Positions 1-13,100 of a stretch of 64,000 bases of DNA are shown piece by piece. How positions within the stretch are numbered: position 1 is the stretch's first letter; the number at the start of each line of letters is the position of its first letter. Origin of the DNA: Azolla caroliniana (lineage: Eukaryota; Plantae; Polypodiophyta); the NCBI GenBank assembly GCA_043228905.1, contig JBHGNT010000011.1:3224001-3288000 (forward strand). Reading direction: 5' to 3'. Made by a program: the position numbers and the translations under genes. The notes beneath the pieces were generated by a model. The model was not told where the DNA came from. It saw only the letters and a program-made list of their open reading frames with translations, and searched no databases.

Positions 1-1247
1 GACGCATTCTTTTAAACTAACCCTTTTATTGTGGTAGTATCAAATAGCATCAAATAGCATCAAATATTGTGGAATAAGATGGAGATCATGCCTCCATACA
101 GGTTAGCTGCTTGAAAATGAGTAATGCCCATCAATGTTTTCTCTCTTATATTAAGATTTGAGGATGATAATGAAGAGTCAAACATGTGCTATTTGCAATG
201 AGATGTACCCCTTTCCTCACCTCAGTAATGTAATGGTCCTATTCAAAACTTTACCCATTTTTGATTAAAAACATTCAGCAGCCTCTTTCCCTCCCTTCGT
301 TTCACACATGGAAGAAGGTATATGTCATATATGCTTGTTGCCATGAGTCTCGACAAACTCCATTCTTAATATCTTTCCTTTCCTGCTACTCATTGAAGAA
401 TATAAGGTGATACTTATTGCTCTTGGTGACAAGAATGTTCTGCCAATTGCAGCATTGGACAAACTCCATGATACAAGCTAAAAGACATTGGTGCCAAAGC
501 GACACTATTTCTTTTGTATAAGGGAGAACGTTCAACTCTGAGGGCATAAACAATGTTTAATGGAAGCATTGTGAACCTCAAATTGGCATTATATAACCCT
601 GCTATCGGTAGAGGAACCAACCCATGGGCCTAGCCACGGCGGTAAGGCCGGCTCCTCATTCTCACTCCTTTCTCCAGCAGGCAGCTTGAACAGAAGAAAT
701 CAGCCTCCTCATTCCCGTCAAATGACCCGGCCCTCCCGGCTCAGGTACTATTTCCAAGTTTCTCAACATTGGATGCTAACCATAGAAATACCACAAAAAT
801 AAAAAAATCCATCCAGCTGGGTCCAAGATATCTTGACATAGGTTGCAAAATAGTAAGCCAAAGAATATTTGGATGTGCACATAGAGATTAAGAAGGGATG
901 GGAGAACATAGGTTAATGTGTCACTCAGCCAAATTGGAATCTCTCCAGGGAAAATGGAAACCCCACAGTTCGAGTACGATTGCAGTCACATTAATACTCG
1001 ATATTGGGAAAGTTACTGGGTGCAGCTGACTAATGCCCAATCTCAGATACCTTGCATATGAGGATATCAGGCATGATTTTGAAGAATTCCTCCAAGGTCA
1101 CACAAGCTTTCAAGAACTCTAAACAAGGACTGAACAATCACCGATGACATTAGGCGTGTTCTTTGCTTGTCTACTTTAACACAAAACCAAACCCATGACT
1201 AACAATCTCAGTTTTTGGTTTCAGCTTTTACTTTGTCGTTTGTGTCA

Positions 1248-1527
1248 ACCATTTTGAGACCCCCCCACAGAATCGAGCAGAATGTGGCATGAAAATTGAT
1301 GGTCCCACGGATCATGTTGACCCTCTCTAGACGTTAATATGTTAACATCATTGTTGGGAAAAATCAATCACATGCTTGTTTATAAACCTCTCTAGACGTT
1401 AATATGTTAACATCATTGTTGGGAAAAATCAACCATTTTGAGACCCCCCCACAGAATCGGGCAGAATGTGGCATGAAAATTGATGGTCCCACAGATCATG
1501 TTGCCCCTCTCTAGACGTTAATATGTC
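1248..1527. repeat. Local tandem duplication (~184-bp period) downstream of the PPR gene
   Basis: accattttgagacccccccacagaatcg...ctctagacgttaatatgt occurs at ~1248 and ~1432; the sub-block ctctagacgttaatatgttaacatcattgttgggaaaaatcaa is also repeated. Confidence 0.85.
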
Positions 1528-1565
1528 ATTAAGGCACTATGCTTGTTTATAACTCCGCTTTTATT

Positions 1566-3464
1566 TCATGTCACTGTGAACTGAGGTTGGTAGCCTTCCT
1601 CCTCCATCTTTCTTCTTAAAATCCTTTGTTTTGCAATAACCCAACTATCTTGTTGAATGCCTTTATCCCCCACAACAAATTGATGGACTTCACTATTTAA
1701 CTCAATCCATGCAATCCCCGGACGCTTCCACACGTTATTATGCTTTCTTATCACTTGCATCGCCTCAGCATCCTTCCACATACATGCTTTCTCATATATA
1801 TCAGACATCAACTCATATGCCGCCGGCATATGTGGATCAATATGGACAATTTGTTCAAAACTATGCCTTGCTATGTCCACCTTGCCATGTAATTTGCACG
1901 AAGAAAGAAGGGACATCCATCCATTGAGATTATACCTAGTCTTTTGAAGGAGATCTTCAGCCTCTAACAGATGTCCAGCTCGACCAAGGAGGTCTACCAT
2001 GCAAACATAGTGTTCACACCTTGGTATAATACCATAACTTTCCTTCATTGAATCGAAAAAGGAGCGACCTTCATTAACAAGTCCTATATTAGCATACAAT
2101 GTAAGGATATTGGAAAGTATCAAATCATTCGGTTTACACCCTTCTTGTTGCATCTCGATAAGGCATTGTTGTGACCGATCGAAATGACCACATCGAGCAT
2201 ATCCAGATATAAGTGCACCCCAACAAACCACATTTCGGCTTGGCACGTCATAAAGTACCTTTCTTGCTTCTTCTAGGCTTCCACATTTGGAATACATATC
2301 AACAAGGGCACTCCCGTCAACTTCATCCATATCCACATCAATGGCATTCCTAATGATATGGTTATGTATGACCCTTCCTTGATCCAAAGCTCCTATGTTG
2401 CTACATGCTTTTAATATACTAGAAAATGTGCCATTTGGGTGTTTTTTCTCAAAAAGTTGTAAACAAGTCATTGAGTCGCCATGAAAGGCATATCCGCCAA
2501 TCATTGTTCTCCATGTCACCAAATCTCGATCAGGCAAATCATTGAATACCTGTCGAGCATCCAATAAGCTACCACATTTTATATACATATCAACAAGGGC
2601 ACTGCCTACAATGGTATCACTTTCAAAATTATTTCTTATAATCCAATCGTGCATTACTTTGCCAATACATAAAGCTTCAAAACTACCACATACTTTTACA
2701 ATGCTCGACATGGTGGTCTTATCGGGTTTGACGCCTTCATGGCACATTCTTTCAAACAATTCTAGTGCTTCAAAAAGGGAAGAATGGCCATCTTGCGAGG
2801 CATATCCAATGATCATCGAATTCCATGAGACAATATTAGGGTTCGGAAGCTTATCAAAAACCATTTGTGCTTCCTTGATAGTACCACATTTGGCATACAT
2901 GTCAACAAGGGCGCTTCCAATGAGAATATTACCATCCATATAACTTTCTACTGTAGAACCTTCCATCATAACACTTTCTACCTTACGGTTTTCTAGTATA
3001 CCACTACCTAGAATTTGATGATGTATGAGCATACCATCCACATAAGAGTTTGCTGCTACACATGCTTTGAGACCACACATGAACATACATCTATTTACTT
3101 CTACATTAGATTTCACCACGGCATGATAATACATTGACATGGCCCTGTACCCATCTCCAAGCTTAGCATTTGAAGATATAATAGAGCTCCACGAGTATTG
3201 GGTTGGCTCTTTGATCTCCCAAAATGCATTATTAGCTTCAATTAAGCTTCCACAAGAAGCAAAGAGTCTAATCAGATGATCAGAAAGAGATGAGATAGAA
3301 CCAAGCTCAGCTTGATTCATCAGGGATTGAATCCTTCTGATTATGCCAATGTCTAATCTCTTGTCGTGTTTACAAGCTGTGAGAAGAGAATATATGGCAT
3401 TCCTGGATATGGGTATATGACCTTTCTCCATGGAATGAAGTGCTCGATGCATCCATGGCACCAT
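1566..3464 (-). CDS. PLS-class pentatricopeptide repeat protein, E1/E2/E+ type without DYW (organellar RNA editing factor)
   Basis: Intronless 632-aa ORF with repeated ALVDMYxKCG..A..VF....N.VSW P-L-S motifs, an E domain (HYVCMVDLLGRAG, WMSLLSSC), a PG box (KRPGIAWIE, HQFVVGD) and an end at GYQP. Start codon uncertain. Confidence 0.93.
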   Translation of the reverse strand: MVPWMHRALHSMEKGHIPISRNAIYSLLTACKHDKRLDIGIIRRIQSLMNQAELGSISSLSDHLIRLFASCGSLIEANNAFWEIKEPTQYSWSSIISSNAKLGDGYRAMSMYYHAVVKSNVEVNRCMFMCGLKACVAANSYVDGMLIHHQILGSGILENRKVESVMMEGSTVESYMDGNILIGSALVDMYAKCGTIKEAQMVFDKLPNPNIVSWNSMIIGYASQDGHSSLFEALELFERMCHEGVKPDKTTMSSIVKVCGSFEALCIGKVMHDWIIRNNFESDTIVGSALVDMYIKCGSLLDARQVFNDLPDRDLVTWRTMIGGYAFHGDSMTCLQLFEKKHPNGTFSSILKACSNIGALDQGRVIHNHIIRNAIDVDMDEVDGSALVDMYSKCGSLEEARKVLYDVPSRNVVCWGALISGYARCGHFDRSQQCLIEMQQEGCKPNDLILSNILTLYANIGLVNEGRSFFDSMKESYGIIPRCEHYVCMVDLLGRAGHLLEAEDLLQKTRYNLNGWMSLLSSCKLHGKVDIARHSFEQIVHIDPHMPAAYELMSDIYEKACMWKDAEAMQVIRKHNNVWKRPGIAWIELNSEVHQFVVGDKGIQQDSWVIAKQRILRRKMEEEGYQPQFTVT

Positions 3465-4039
3465 ACGTAAAATTCATATATGACCTTTCTCCATGGAATG
3501 AAGTGCTGGATGACTGATCTGAAGGGCATGGAGGGAAAAAAGAAGCTTTTACCCTGCTGCTCTTGGGAAGCCCATGTCTCGGACAAAAGAGTTCTCACAT
3601 GTGAGGACCCCTCCCCGGACAATAGAGTTCTTATATGTGCCTTCATTCTCATCGTGTAAATCTTGTTTTTCGATATTTTGGTTTAAGGCCTTGGGTAGAA
3701 TTAGGTTGTCTGTTATATAAATAATCGTTATGCGATATGTATGTTAGTGGAGCTTTTGTCCGAGTGATTGTTATTAGCCCCTCGCAAGCTAATGTATTGA
3801 GTTTTCAACAAGAGCGATTCGTCATTGCTATATCATGATATCATCTCATTTTGTTGATAATTGGAAATTCAAGCATCACGAAATGAGACAATTGCTTAAT
3901 TCGAACTTGTTGATGCTCGGTCCCGTTGAAGGTTTTGGGTCATGGAGGAAACCTGAAAGGAGGAATGCACAAGATGCAAACTACACATAATTTGGGATGA
4001 GCATTTAGGAAAGATACGAGAAGGCAAAACTCTTGTGAA

Positions 4040-4541
4040 TAGCAATGGCCACGGTTTCGGCTCAAACCGAACTGAACCGTTAAGCCATGGTGTAACAGTT
4101 TATTGGTTTCAAAAGCAAATTTAATGGTTTGGTTTAGTTTCGGTTCGGTTCTAAAACTCGGGTTTATAGGTTTGGTTTAAAGGTTTATCGGTTTTTAGTT
4201 AACTTCTTTTTTAACCTTAATAGTTTACATATTAATTTAATGGTTTTTTATTGATTTGATTAATTTAACTTAAATGTTTATTTAATTAAATGGTGCAATT
4301 AAAGTTTCTTTTACATATTGATTTAATAAATTAAACTTAAATGCTTATTTAATTAAATGTATTTTTGTTTATTCAAATGTTTAATTAGTTTGATTTAAAT
4401 GGCTAGGTTTAAATTTTTTATTAAATGGTTCGGTTTGGTTTCAACTTTTCCCTAAACGGTTTGGATTGGTTTGGTTATTGTTTTATATAAACGGTTCGGT
4501 TTCGGTTTCTTTGCCTTGAAACCGAACCGTGCCCACCGCTA
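4040..4541. mobile_element. hAT-type MITE (family A), 502 bp
   Basis: Imperfect TIRs TAGCAATGGCCACGGTT / AACCGTGCCCACCGCTA; perfect 8-bp TSD CTTGTGAA (4032-4039, 4542-4549); subterminal AACCG/CGGTT repeats; AT-rich core. Confidence 0.9.
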
Positions 4542-4870
4542 CTTGTGAAGCCGAAAGTCTTGTGAAACTTTGAGGAAGTTCCAGCTTTGGAAGAGACAAA
4601 GTAGTGGAGGTCGAGAAAAGAGTTCATATGGTAATGGGATGGGAGGACTTAATAAAAGAAAAGGAAGGGTCTCTGCAGAAGCTCTCTGCTAGAATGACGA
4701 GATCCTTGGTAAGGAAGAAAAGGAAAACAAGGGAGGAGCAAGCATGCCCTTCCAAATAAAACATGACATTGACATTGCGAGAAGCCAGGAGAAGAGAGGA
4801 ACCTATGATGGGTGCCGATGGTGAACATAAAAAGGAAAAAAAGAAACCATAATATAAACTCGAAGGCATT

Positions 4871-4902
<32 letters not shown>

Positions 4903-4922
4903 GAGGGGGGTTGTGCAATAAC

Positions 4923-5272
4923 CAGAGGGGCATTTGGGAAATATAAGAAAAGAATCTCCGAGGGGCATTTGGGAAATACAAGAAAAAAAATCTCAGAGGG
5001 GCAGTTTGGGAAATATAGGAAAAAGCTCAGAGCGGCATTTTGGGCAATAGAAGGAAGAAGCTCAGAGGGGCATTTTGGGAAATACAGGAAAAAGCTCATT
5101 CTGGGAGATTAAAGGGAAAAAGTTCAGAGGGGCAGCTTGGGAAATATAGGAAAAAAAGAAGCTGAGAGGGGCATTATTTTGGGAAATATAGGAAAGAAGC
5201 TCAAGAGGGCATTTTTTTGGGAAATATAGAAAAGAAGCTCAGAGGGGCATTTTTGGGAAATAAAGAGAACTA
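4923..5272. repeat. Minisatellite, ~10 units of ~35 bp
   Basis: Approximate unit AGAGGGGCATTTTGGGAAATATAGGAAAGAAGCTC repeated head to tail. Confidence 0.9.
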
Positions 5273-6525
5273 GTCCTGAGAAATAAAATTAAAAAACAAA
5301 ATTTTTAAGTTTTGTATTGTTAAATATAAAACATAATGGAAAAAATTATTTTGTTTGTAATTTACATTTCTGTACCTGAAACGCCTTCTCCTTCTTCTTC
5401 TTCATGTTCTTCTGTTTATTTACTGTTGTATTCTTTTCCTTTCTTCTCCTGCAGCTCGCCATCGCCATCGCCATCGCCACGAAACTAACCTTTGCTTCCT
5501 GTTTTTTTTTTTTTTTTTTTGCAGGAATCTCCTCTCTTCCTGTTTCTCTCTCCTTCATCTTGTCATTCTCCTTGTGTTTCCTCTCCCCCAATCCCTCCTT
5601 GTTTCTTTGCTTGGCGACTAGGGTTCCAGCAGCAGACGTTTGTGTGTTTCTAGCAGTTTCCATTGTCTGTTTCTCCTGGTTTTCTTCTGGTCACTCGATA
5701 GTCAGCGAAGACAAGAAGAAGAAACAGGAAATTCTACAGAGATCCTCTACTCCATCGCCGTCTTCTTCTTATTCGAAGCTTTCTTCAACAGTAAACCTTC
5801 CCTCAGCAGATAAGATTTCTTCATAAAGAAAGGCTTCTTTCAACTAAGTTTGCGCTCTTTCACTATAAATGGTTTGTTTCTAGGAATATAAGCTTTTTTT
5901 TCCTCAACAGAAAGCTTCAACTAGGAAAACCTTTTCTTCCACGACAAAAATTCGGCCATCAGATATAGTTTTTTTCTAAGTAGAAAATATTTTACATCTT
6001 TATCAAGAAAATAGTTCGTTCACCAGGAAATATTTCCTCATCAAGACCAGTAAATATTTCCTTCTTCAACAAGCGAATCATTATTTCACCCGTAAAGCTT
6101 TCTCTCTTCCATCAGAGAAGCTTTTTTCCACATCAAAAAAGTTTTCTTCCTTCCTTCAGAAAAGATTGATCTTCGACAAGGTTCTTTCTCGGTGCCCCAA
6201 ACATTTATTATTCTTCTACCAGGAAAGCTCTCTTTCGTCCGTCAGAAAAGATTTCATTTGACAGGTATTTATGTACACTTGATGCATTCTTATTCTATAA
6301 TACTGCCTTAGGATACGTACATTGCTGAGAAACCATATGTATTATTATGAAAGAATGCATGCATTTGTTCTTGAGAGAGAGAATCAGCTTTCATTGGCAT
6401 ATTTATGTACAGTTAATGCGTTCTGGGCTTACTAAATATCTTTAAGAAAAGTGTTTTGCAGCAAATTCATACTAAGGACGAAAGGGATATTAAATCTGTT
6501 CCTAAACAAAATCTCGGTTCTACAT

Positions 6526-6528
<3 letters not shown>

Positions 6529-6574
<46 letters not shown>
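6529..6574. repeat. (AG)n microsatellite
   Basis: Pure AG run. Confidence 0.95.
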
Positions 6575-6576
<2 letters not shown>

Positions 6577-8060
6577 CTCGAACTGTCTTAGACTAGAAAA
6601 ACTTTTGTTGAACATTTTGACTGTGTAGACGAAGCTGGTAAATTTTTTGATAAGAACATTTGTGTCTACTTGAAAGAGTGTGAGTTTCATCCACCAGAAA
6701 ATATTTTGCTGAGCATTCTGATTGTATAGGATTATCCTTGAAAGAAATTATTCTTTGACCATACAGCTTATATTGAACAGCCTGGTTTTATAGAATTTTC
6801 TTAAAAGAGGCCACTAAAAGCAAAAGAAAGAAAAAAAGACAGTTTTATTAACATCTGCACAAGGTCACTCCTAGCATATCAGACAAAATGTAGTGCAATG
6901 TTCAGTAATTATCGTGATGGAAGAAAAATGTATTGATGCGGAGGATGGATGCCAATATTTAGAAACAGTTAGCCCTATCCATATGAAATATGCAAGCACT
7001 GGAGCATGCAGCATATATGTGGCTGTGGTGTGAAAAGCTCTTTGAAAATAAGCTCTCTCCCATTAGTTCTTTCCAGTGATGGGTGCAGATACCTTGATGG
7101 CGTAATCATTGTATCTGGATACCCCAGCACTCTACGGCATCTATGTGCCTATGCCTCCTGGAATATTAGTATCAGGTGCCACCATTCTGAGGGTGACGGC
7201 TGGTGTCTGTCAGATAAGAGGGTCAACTCTCTTGAAAAATAGAGTAAGTCAAAGTTGATGCACTCTCTGTGGTAATCCTGCATGTAAAAGGGTCTCTCTG
7301 CCTTTCTAGAAATCTGTAAGAGATTTGGGTCGGTCACTAGTCTCTGTTGATCTGTTGAAGAGAAGGTGATGCCTGGGGCACTTCACGATCATTTCCATCT
7401 CTGATATGCGCATGTGCAGGGTATCTACAAATGTAGAACACATCAATCTCTACCACTACATGGCAAAGTCTGCATATACACTCCTAGATACTGTGGCTGT
7501 ACGATTGATCTCAGTCACTAAATGATATGAAGAAAATCAAAGCTGGCAAAATCACTATCTGTATGTATTTGGCTGTATAGTGAGGTTGCTCAATGAAGGC
7601 CTGGCCTGAGATGTTAAGAAAATTCTCTTTACGTTCTGACGTTTAGGTGGCAATGGCTGTTGTGCATTAATCAAAGTCTGTCAGATGTAAATCTGCCATA
7701 TATCCTGCAGGATCACCTTATTTTTATCACTCTCCTCCATTACTGCATGTAGGCAGATGAGATGATCAATAATGCTGTTTTGGGTCCCATAACTCTTTTG
7801 CTGTGTTTTGGGGCCCATCACTGAGTTGTTGTAGAAGTTTTACCATACAAGATCCTAAAATTATTGTTCGATGGTTGGTTAGCTGATTTATATTCCCTCC
7901 TTTATATATTTCTTGATCCAGTCATTCTGCCAATTTCGAGGAAATCCTTGTGCTATTTCCTAGTTTAGTAATGCATGTCTCGATTCTTTGGCTACTAGGC
8001 CGTTTTAGTATTTCTGAGCATATGCCATAGATGATGTTTATCTGAAAATTTTCCATTATG

Positions 8061-8408
8061 AAGTTTATTTATTGAACAAGCATTTTATATGCATTTAATT
8101 GTATCTAACTTTACAGAGCTGACTTATCACTTCATCACTGCAAAGTCATACATACTTGATCTGCAACCAATTTTTGTTTCCACTGAAGAGAGTCCGATGG
8201 TTCCTTGATCTTGTAAGATTTGCTAATGATCTTATAAGTTTATTTATTGAACAAGCATTTTATATTCATTTAATTGTTTCTAACTTTACAGATCTGACTT
8301 ATCACTTCATCACTGCAAAACCATACACACTTGATCCGTACCAAATTTTTGTTTCTACTCAAGAGAGTCGGATGGTTCCTTGATCTTGTAAGATTGGCTA
8401 ATGATCTC
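8061..8408. repeat. Tandem duplication, ~176-bp unit
   Basis: aagtttatt(t)attgaacaagcattt...gatggttccttgatcttgtaagatt(t/g)gctaatgatct occurs twice. Confidence 0.88.
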
Positions 8409-8939
8409 CACAAATATTAACAAGAAGTGCTAGTAAAAGTGTTCTTCATCAAGTTTCATTCAGTTTCAAGGCTCAGTGGAATTGCAAGAAAGAGATCCTA
8501 AACTGTCCTTATCAATTTCCGGTTCTACTTTAAGCTTTATTAAGTTTTCTCAGCTAAATTCAAGAACCTGCTTTTAACAAGTTTGCAGTCGTACTGTGAG
8601 GTTCATTCTGCTAAGTTTTAAGACAAGGACACGGAACTGTCCCAAAGTCAAAAAAGTTGGTTCTATTTCAAGGTTTTCTCAGGTTCAAGGCCCAGTAAGG
8701 TTCAATCTTGGTTCATCGATGATCATTCAGTTGCAAGTCTTAGCTAACTTTCAAGAACCTATTATTTAGTTTCAAGACTCAAGCTTCAAAAAACTGTCCC
8801 CAAACCAATTTAGGTTAATTTTAAACAGCCAAGCACTTCCTCGTTAGTAAAAAATACATAAACAAATTTTGGCTTTCTCTCTGAGGTTCACTTAGTCTCA
8901 AAGCGCTGCTAGGAGGTTCCCATCTGAGTCGTAAGCCAA

Positions 8940-9310
8940 TAAAGTGTTTGTTTGCTGAACAAGTATTATGTGCACTTGATGAATTCAAGGCTGCAGTTAC
9001 AGTCAGTTTTACTCTCAAGAGAGATTTCTTCTACCAGGACAGTATTTGTTTGCTGAATAGGTATTATGCGCACTTGATAGATTCAGCACTCAAGGTTCAG
9101 TCAGTTTTACACTTAAGAGAGAGCTTTCTTCCATCTGGAAAGTGTTTGTTTGCTGACAAATATTATGTGCGCTTGATAGATTCAACTCTCAAGGTTCCTT
9201 CAGTTTCACACTTCACATGGAGCTTTCCTCCATCACGAAAGTTTTTGTCTTCTGAACAAATATTATGTGAATTTGATATTCAATGCTCAAGGTTCAGTCA
9301 GTTTTACAGC
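8940..9310. repeat. Degenerate ~100-bp tandem repeat (about 4 units)
   Basis: Recurring tgtttgctgaa..tattatgtgc.cttgatagattca..ctcaaggttcagtcagtttt. Confidence 0.7.
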
Positions 9311-10176
9311 TCAGCTAATTTCCTCATTGAAAAAGCATCTCTTATTCATAACTTGAACGAGATTTCTTCTTCGTTGCATATGCATTATGTAGACGTGATT
9401 TTTTCCAACTCTGCAGAGCTTTCTTAGGATCTCTACTTGCTGCAAACCGTGTTAAGAAAAAACTGCTCAAATTAATCCAACCAAGTTCTCAGTTCTAGTT
9501 TGGTCTTCAAGGGTCAATTAAATGTCCTCAGTCAAAATGAGAAGCCTTGTGTAGTGCACTTGAGAGAGCTTTCTTCCAGGCGAAAAAATCTTTGTTAAAA
9601 ACATATTATATACGCTTGATGATTCGCAGAATCCTCATTGGAATCGAAATCGCCACATCTGTGCAAAACTTAATGCTAAGAAAGGAGGGGATGAAACAGT
9701 GTCCCCAAGTGAATTTTGGTTTTACTTCACATTTCATTTATTTTCAAGGCATAATCTGATATGTGAGATAACAGTAAGGCATCGAAATATGTAAATTACC
9801 TTCCAGATCATTATTTTATGTGGCAGTTAAGGCAATCTTGAGATATAATAAATACGTCACCACCAGATTTTTTAAACAGGAACTGGTGGTCATCTCCCTT
9901 CAAGGTTCATTCGGTTCATTCAGTTCCAAGACTCAGATTTTGTCACAATCTGATACCTTGCATCTATGAGATGTAGAATGTTGCATATCAGCTTCTAGGT
10001 AATCAGTTGCTATTTTTTATGTGCGGTTTGGGGTGAAAATTGGACATAAAAAGGACGTCACCACCAGCTTTAATAACAGAAATTGATATGTTTTTAATAT
10101 TTCTTTTGAGTAAAGAGATGTATAGTTAATGTAGAAATGGAGTAGGGAATATCCATAACGATGGTACATGTCTCTA

Positions 10177-13100
10177 ATGGAGAAAACTGAAGCCTCTTTA
10201 GTCCCAGGATGGCTGAAGGCAGTGTCAACGAACACTTTATCAATGTCTCATTCTGGCTTCTTCCAAGGTATTTATCATGCATTCAGTTCTTCTCCTCCCT
10301 CTGTTTTCATCGTCTAGTTCGATGCAGTCCTAACGGTTCAATTTGCATGCAGATAATGGAAATAGTGAGTTATATCCCAGGTCTAAGTCACAACAAATTG
10401 GAGGTAACATTGATTCGTCACGTTGGTCAACTTCTAGTGACAGGATTTTTTTCCCTGTTCCTAGGAGAGCTCAAAGTAGCAACATGATTGATAAGGTTAA
10501 TGTTGAAAGATATCAAGGCTGGGTGCATTCTAGCTTGACCCACAGCCTATCGTCAGCATTGAGCTATGATGTATCTGAGAAGGAAAGGGAGCAGGAAAGA
10601 GTTAGAAATGAGGTTGAAGCTTTTCATGTCTATGACTTGGGACGAGATGGTGACAAGGACTCAAGATTTAGGAATATATCTGTATTGGATAACAGGGAAG
10701 CTGATAAGGATAATGTTGTACAAGGAAAGATGAGGAGTTCTGGACCAGTAATGCCAGAGAATTATGAACCCAATTCTAAGTTGAGTCGATCTCAATCTAT
10801 GGGATTGTCTTCTAGGATTTCTGATAGTAAGGCATGGAAATTGAATGGTTCTGTAAATATCTCCTCACCCATGTCTTCTGTCAGAACAACTTCAGTTACT
10901 ACCATGCACAAGACTGTTTTTGACAGGAACTTCCCATGTCTTGGTTCTGACGATAAACTGTTGGCAAGTTCAGGGAATGGGTCTGTTTTAAGCCCCCATA
11001 CTACATGGCAGAGTCCTTCACAGATGGATATAAGTAGAACTTCTTCATCTGGATTGCCTGGAGGTTTCAACAGTCTAAGTCTTGCTAATGGGTGTGGCAG
11101 TGGTGATGTATGGAATTCAGCACTTGCCCAAGTCCCTATATCTAATGGAAGTTCTCGACACAATGTAGTTGGAGTAATTGGCCCTCCCATTGTTAGTTCC
11201 AACTCTGTAACACTTCCGACAACAAGTACAGTTTTGAATATGGCAGAGGCATTAGCTCAAATTCCTCCAAGGGTCCGCACTCCTCCACAGGTATACCTAT
11301 ATAAATATAACTATTATGTGCATTTCCTCACTTTCACTGTGTCTCCTACATCTTTGATGGATCTCGCAGGTGTCTACGGAAAGTCAAAGACTAGAGGAGC
11401 TTGCTTTGAAACAGTCTAGACAGCTTATCCCAGTGCCACCTCCATTACCCAAAACCATGGTATACCCTATTCTCATAAGTGGCGATTTGTTTGAAATGGC
11501 TAAAACAACAATAGTTGCGTTTTGGAAAATGGATACCTTTTTTCAAATAAATTTGGACTGTTAGTATTATTTTGATTAAGTATTGGACGCCATACATGAT
11601 TTCTGTGTAAAGAGAAAAATAGTTCAAACAGCTTTGTTTTGTGGAAATGGCTTTTAGCTCTTGTTACTTATTATCTGTTAATTGACCAACATAACACCAT
11701 TTTTATAGTACTTTGTTTGAATGTGTCAAGGACTTAGAATAGGACCTAAAAAAGCCATGGCTACTCAATTATTGATATTTGAGAGATGGTATAAAGATCT
11801 ACTGTTGAGGGGTGAATCTGTAAAAAGTAGGCAGTTCCTGGATTTGTTGGTCCTGACTTGTGGCTCTCTTGGTCATGTTGCTCTGCCGAATATATCTTTT
11901 TTTCTTACCAGTGCTGTCTTTATTAAGGGAATATCCTGCTATTTATTCATCGTTGATTTGTGTGATGTGGGTGCAAGTGTCTCAAAGCCTCATGGTTCCG
12001 CCTGAGGAACTTCCAAACAGCCCCCAATCAAACCTGTAGTGTAGCTTAATTTTACCACTGGAGAATTTTTATATTAACAGAGAAAGATCTACTGGAGTTT
12101 TTGGATTCATTACAGCTTAATTTCACATCCAGAATCTAAACTGGTCCTGAACAAAGAGTTTGACATCTTGTTGCCCTCAAGACTTACTTCCCTTATGGGC
12201 ATTCCATTTGTTGATAATTAATAGTTGATATAACAATTGAATAGAGTCCAATCCCTAGAAATACTGCCAACACGTTAAGTTTATATCAACAGCTATATAA
12301 AGCCACTGTAGTATTCTCCACAGAGTGCACAAGCAAAAAATAGTAAATCTGCTATGATTCCTACAAATTTTAGCTCTCTAAAGTGAATTATCCTTAGTTC
12401 TAAAACTGTATTTCAACTCTTAAAAACAAATCTTAGCCCTTTCACTTATCCATGCTAACTTTAAGTGACTCTATGTAGGGCCTAACCTAATATGACTTTA
12501 TAAGTCACAACTTGAAGATTGAAATCACACAGCTCCACACACATCAGAACGCAAAGCTAATTGAACTTACCACATGCCGGTAGGTCTAGTAACCATTGGC
12601 TAGCTCATGGTGGCATTCAATGTCACTAAGCATGATTTCTAGAGTTCTGGGGAGTAATTGAAAAATAGGAAAGATAAGAAAATAAAGAAAGGAACTATAA
12701 ACAAAAAAAGTAAGATTATAGAGGTGAACAGAAACAACATTCATGGAGACATATTCTCCGCTTGAACAATGAGCAACCTCGATTGCATGCCTACAATACA
12801 TGCTAACAGAAGAAATTGGGTGATATTGTGTACTTACATAAATTGTGCCATCACAAAGTGTTATCTCTAGTTTTGGGCCAAACTATATACATAAAATAAT
12901 CCTAAATAATAATGTGGACAACAACATTTATTTACGTTAAAGAAATTGATGGAATATTCTTTATTATCGTTTAGTGAAAACCAAATTCTATAGCTTAGAT
13001 TCTATCCTGAAAAACTGATGAACCCTTTTTTTGAGCGTGAAAGTATGGCTTAGAGATTAGCATTATGAAGTCACGGTGGCCTCTCATTGCAAGGCCTGTA

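Noticed and set aside
620-760. GC-rich patch as an RNA gene or SINE
   Set aside because: Only a weak A-box-like sequence; no B box, cloverleaf or recognisable RNA family.
4923-5272. ~35-bp repeat array as a CRISPR array
   Set aside because: Units are contiguous with no unique spacers, there are no cas genes, and the context is eukaryotic.
5346-5826. ORFs of 105-140 aa on both strands
   Set aside because: Low-complexity translations of a pyrimidine-rich 5' UTR-like region.
8948-9427. 159-aa ORF
   Set aside because: Arises from a ~100-bp tandem repeat in a putative intron; non-ATG start and no domain.
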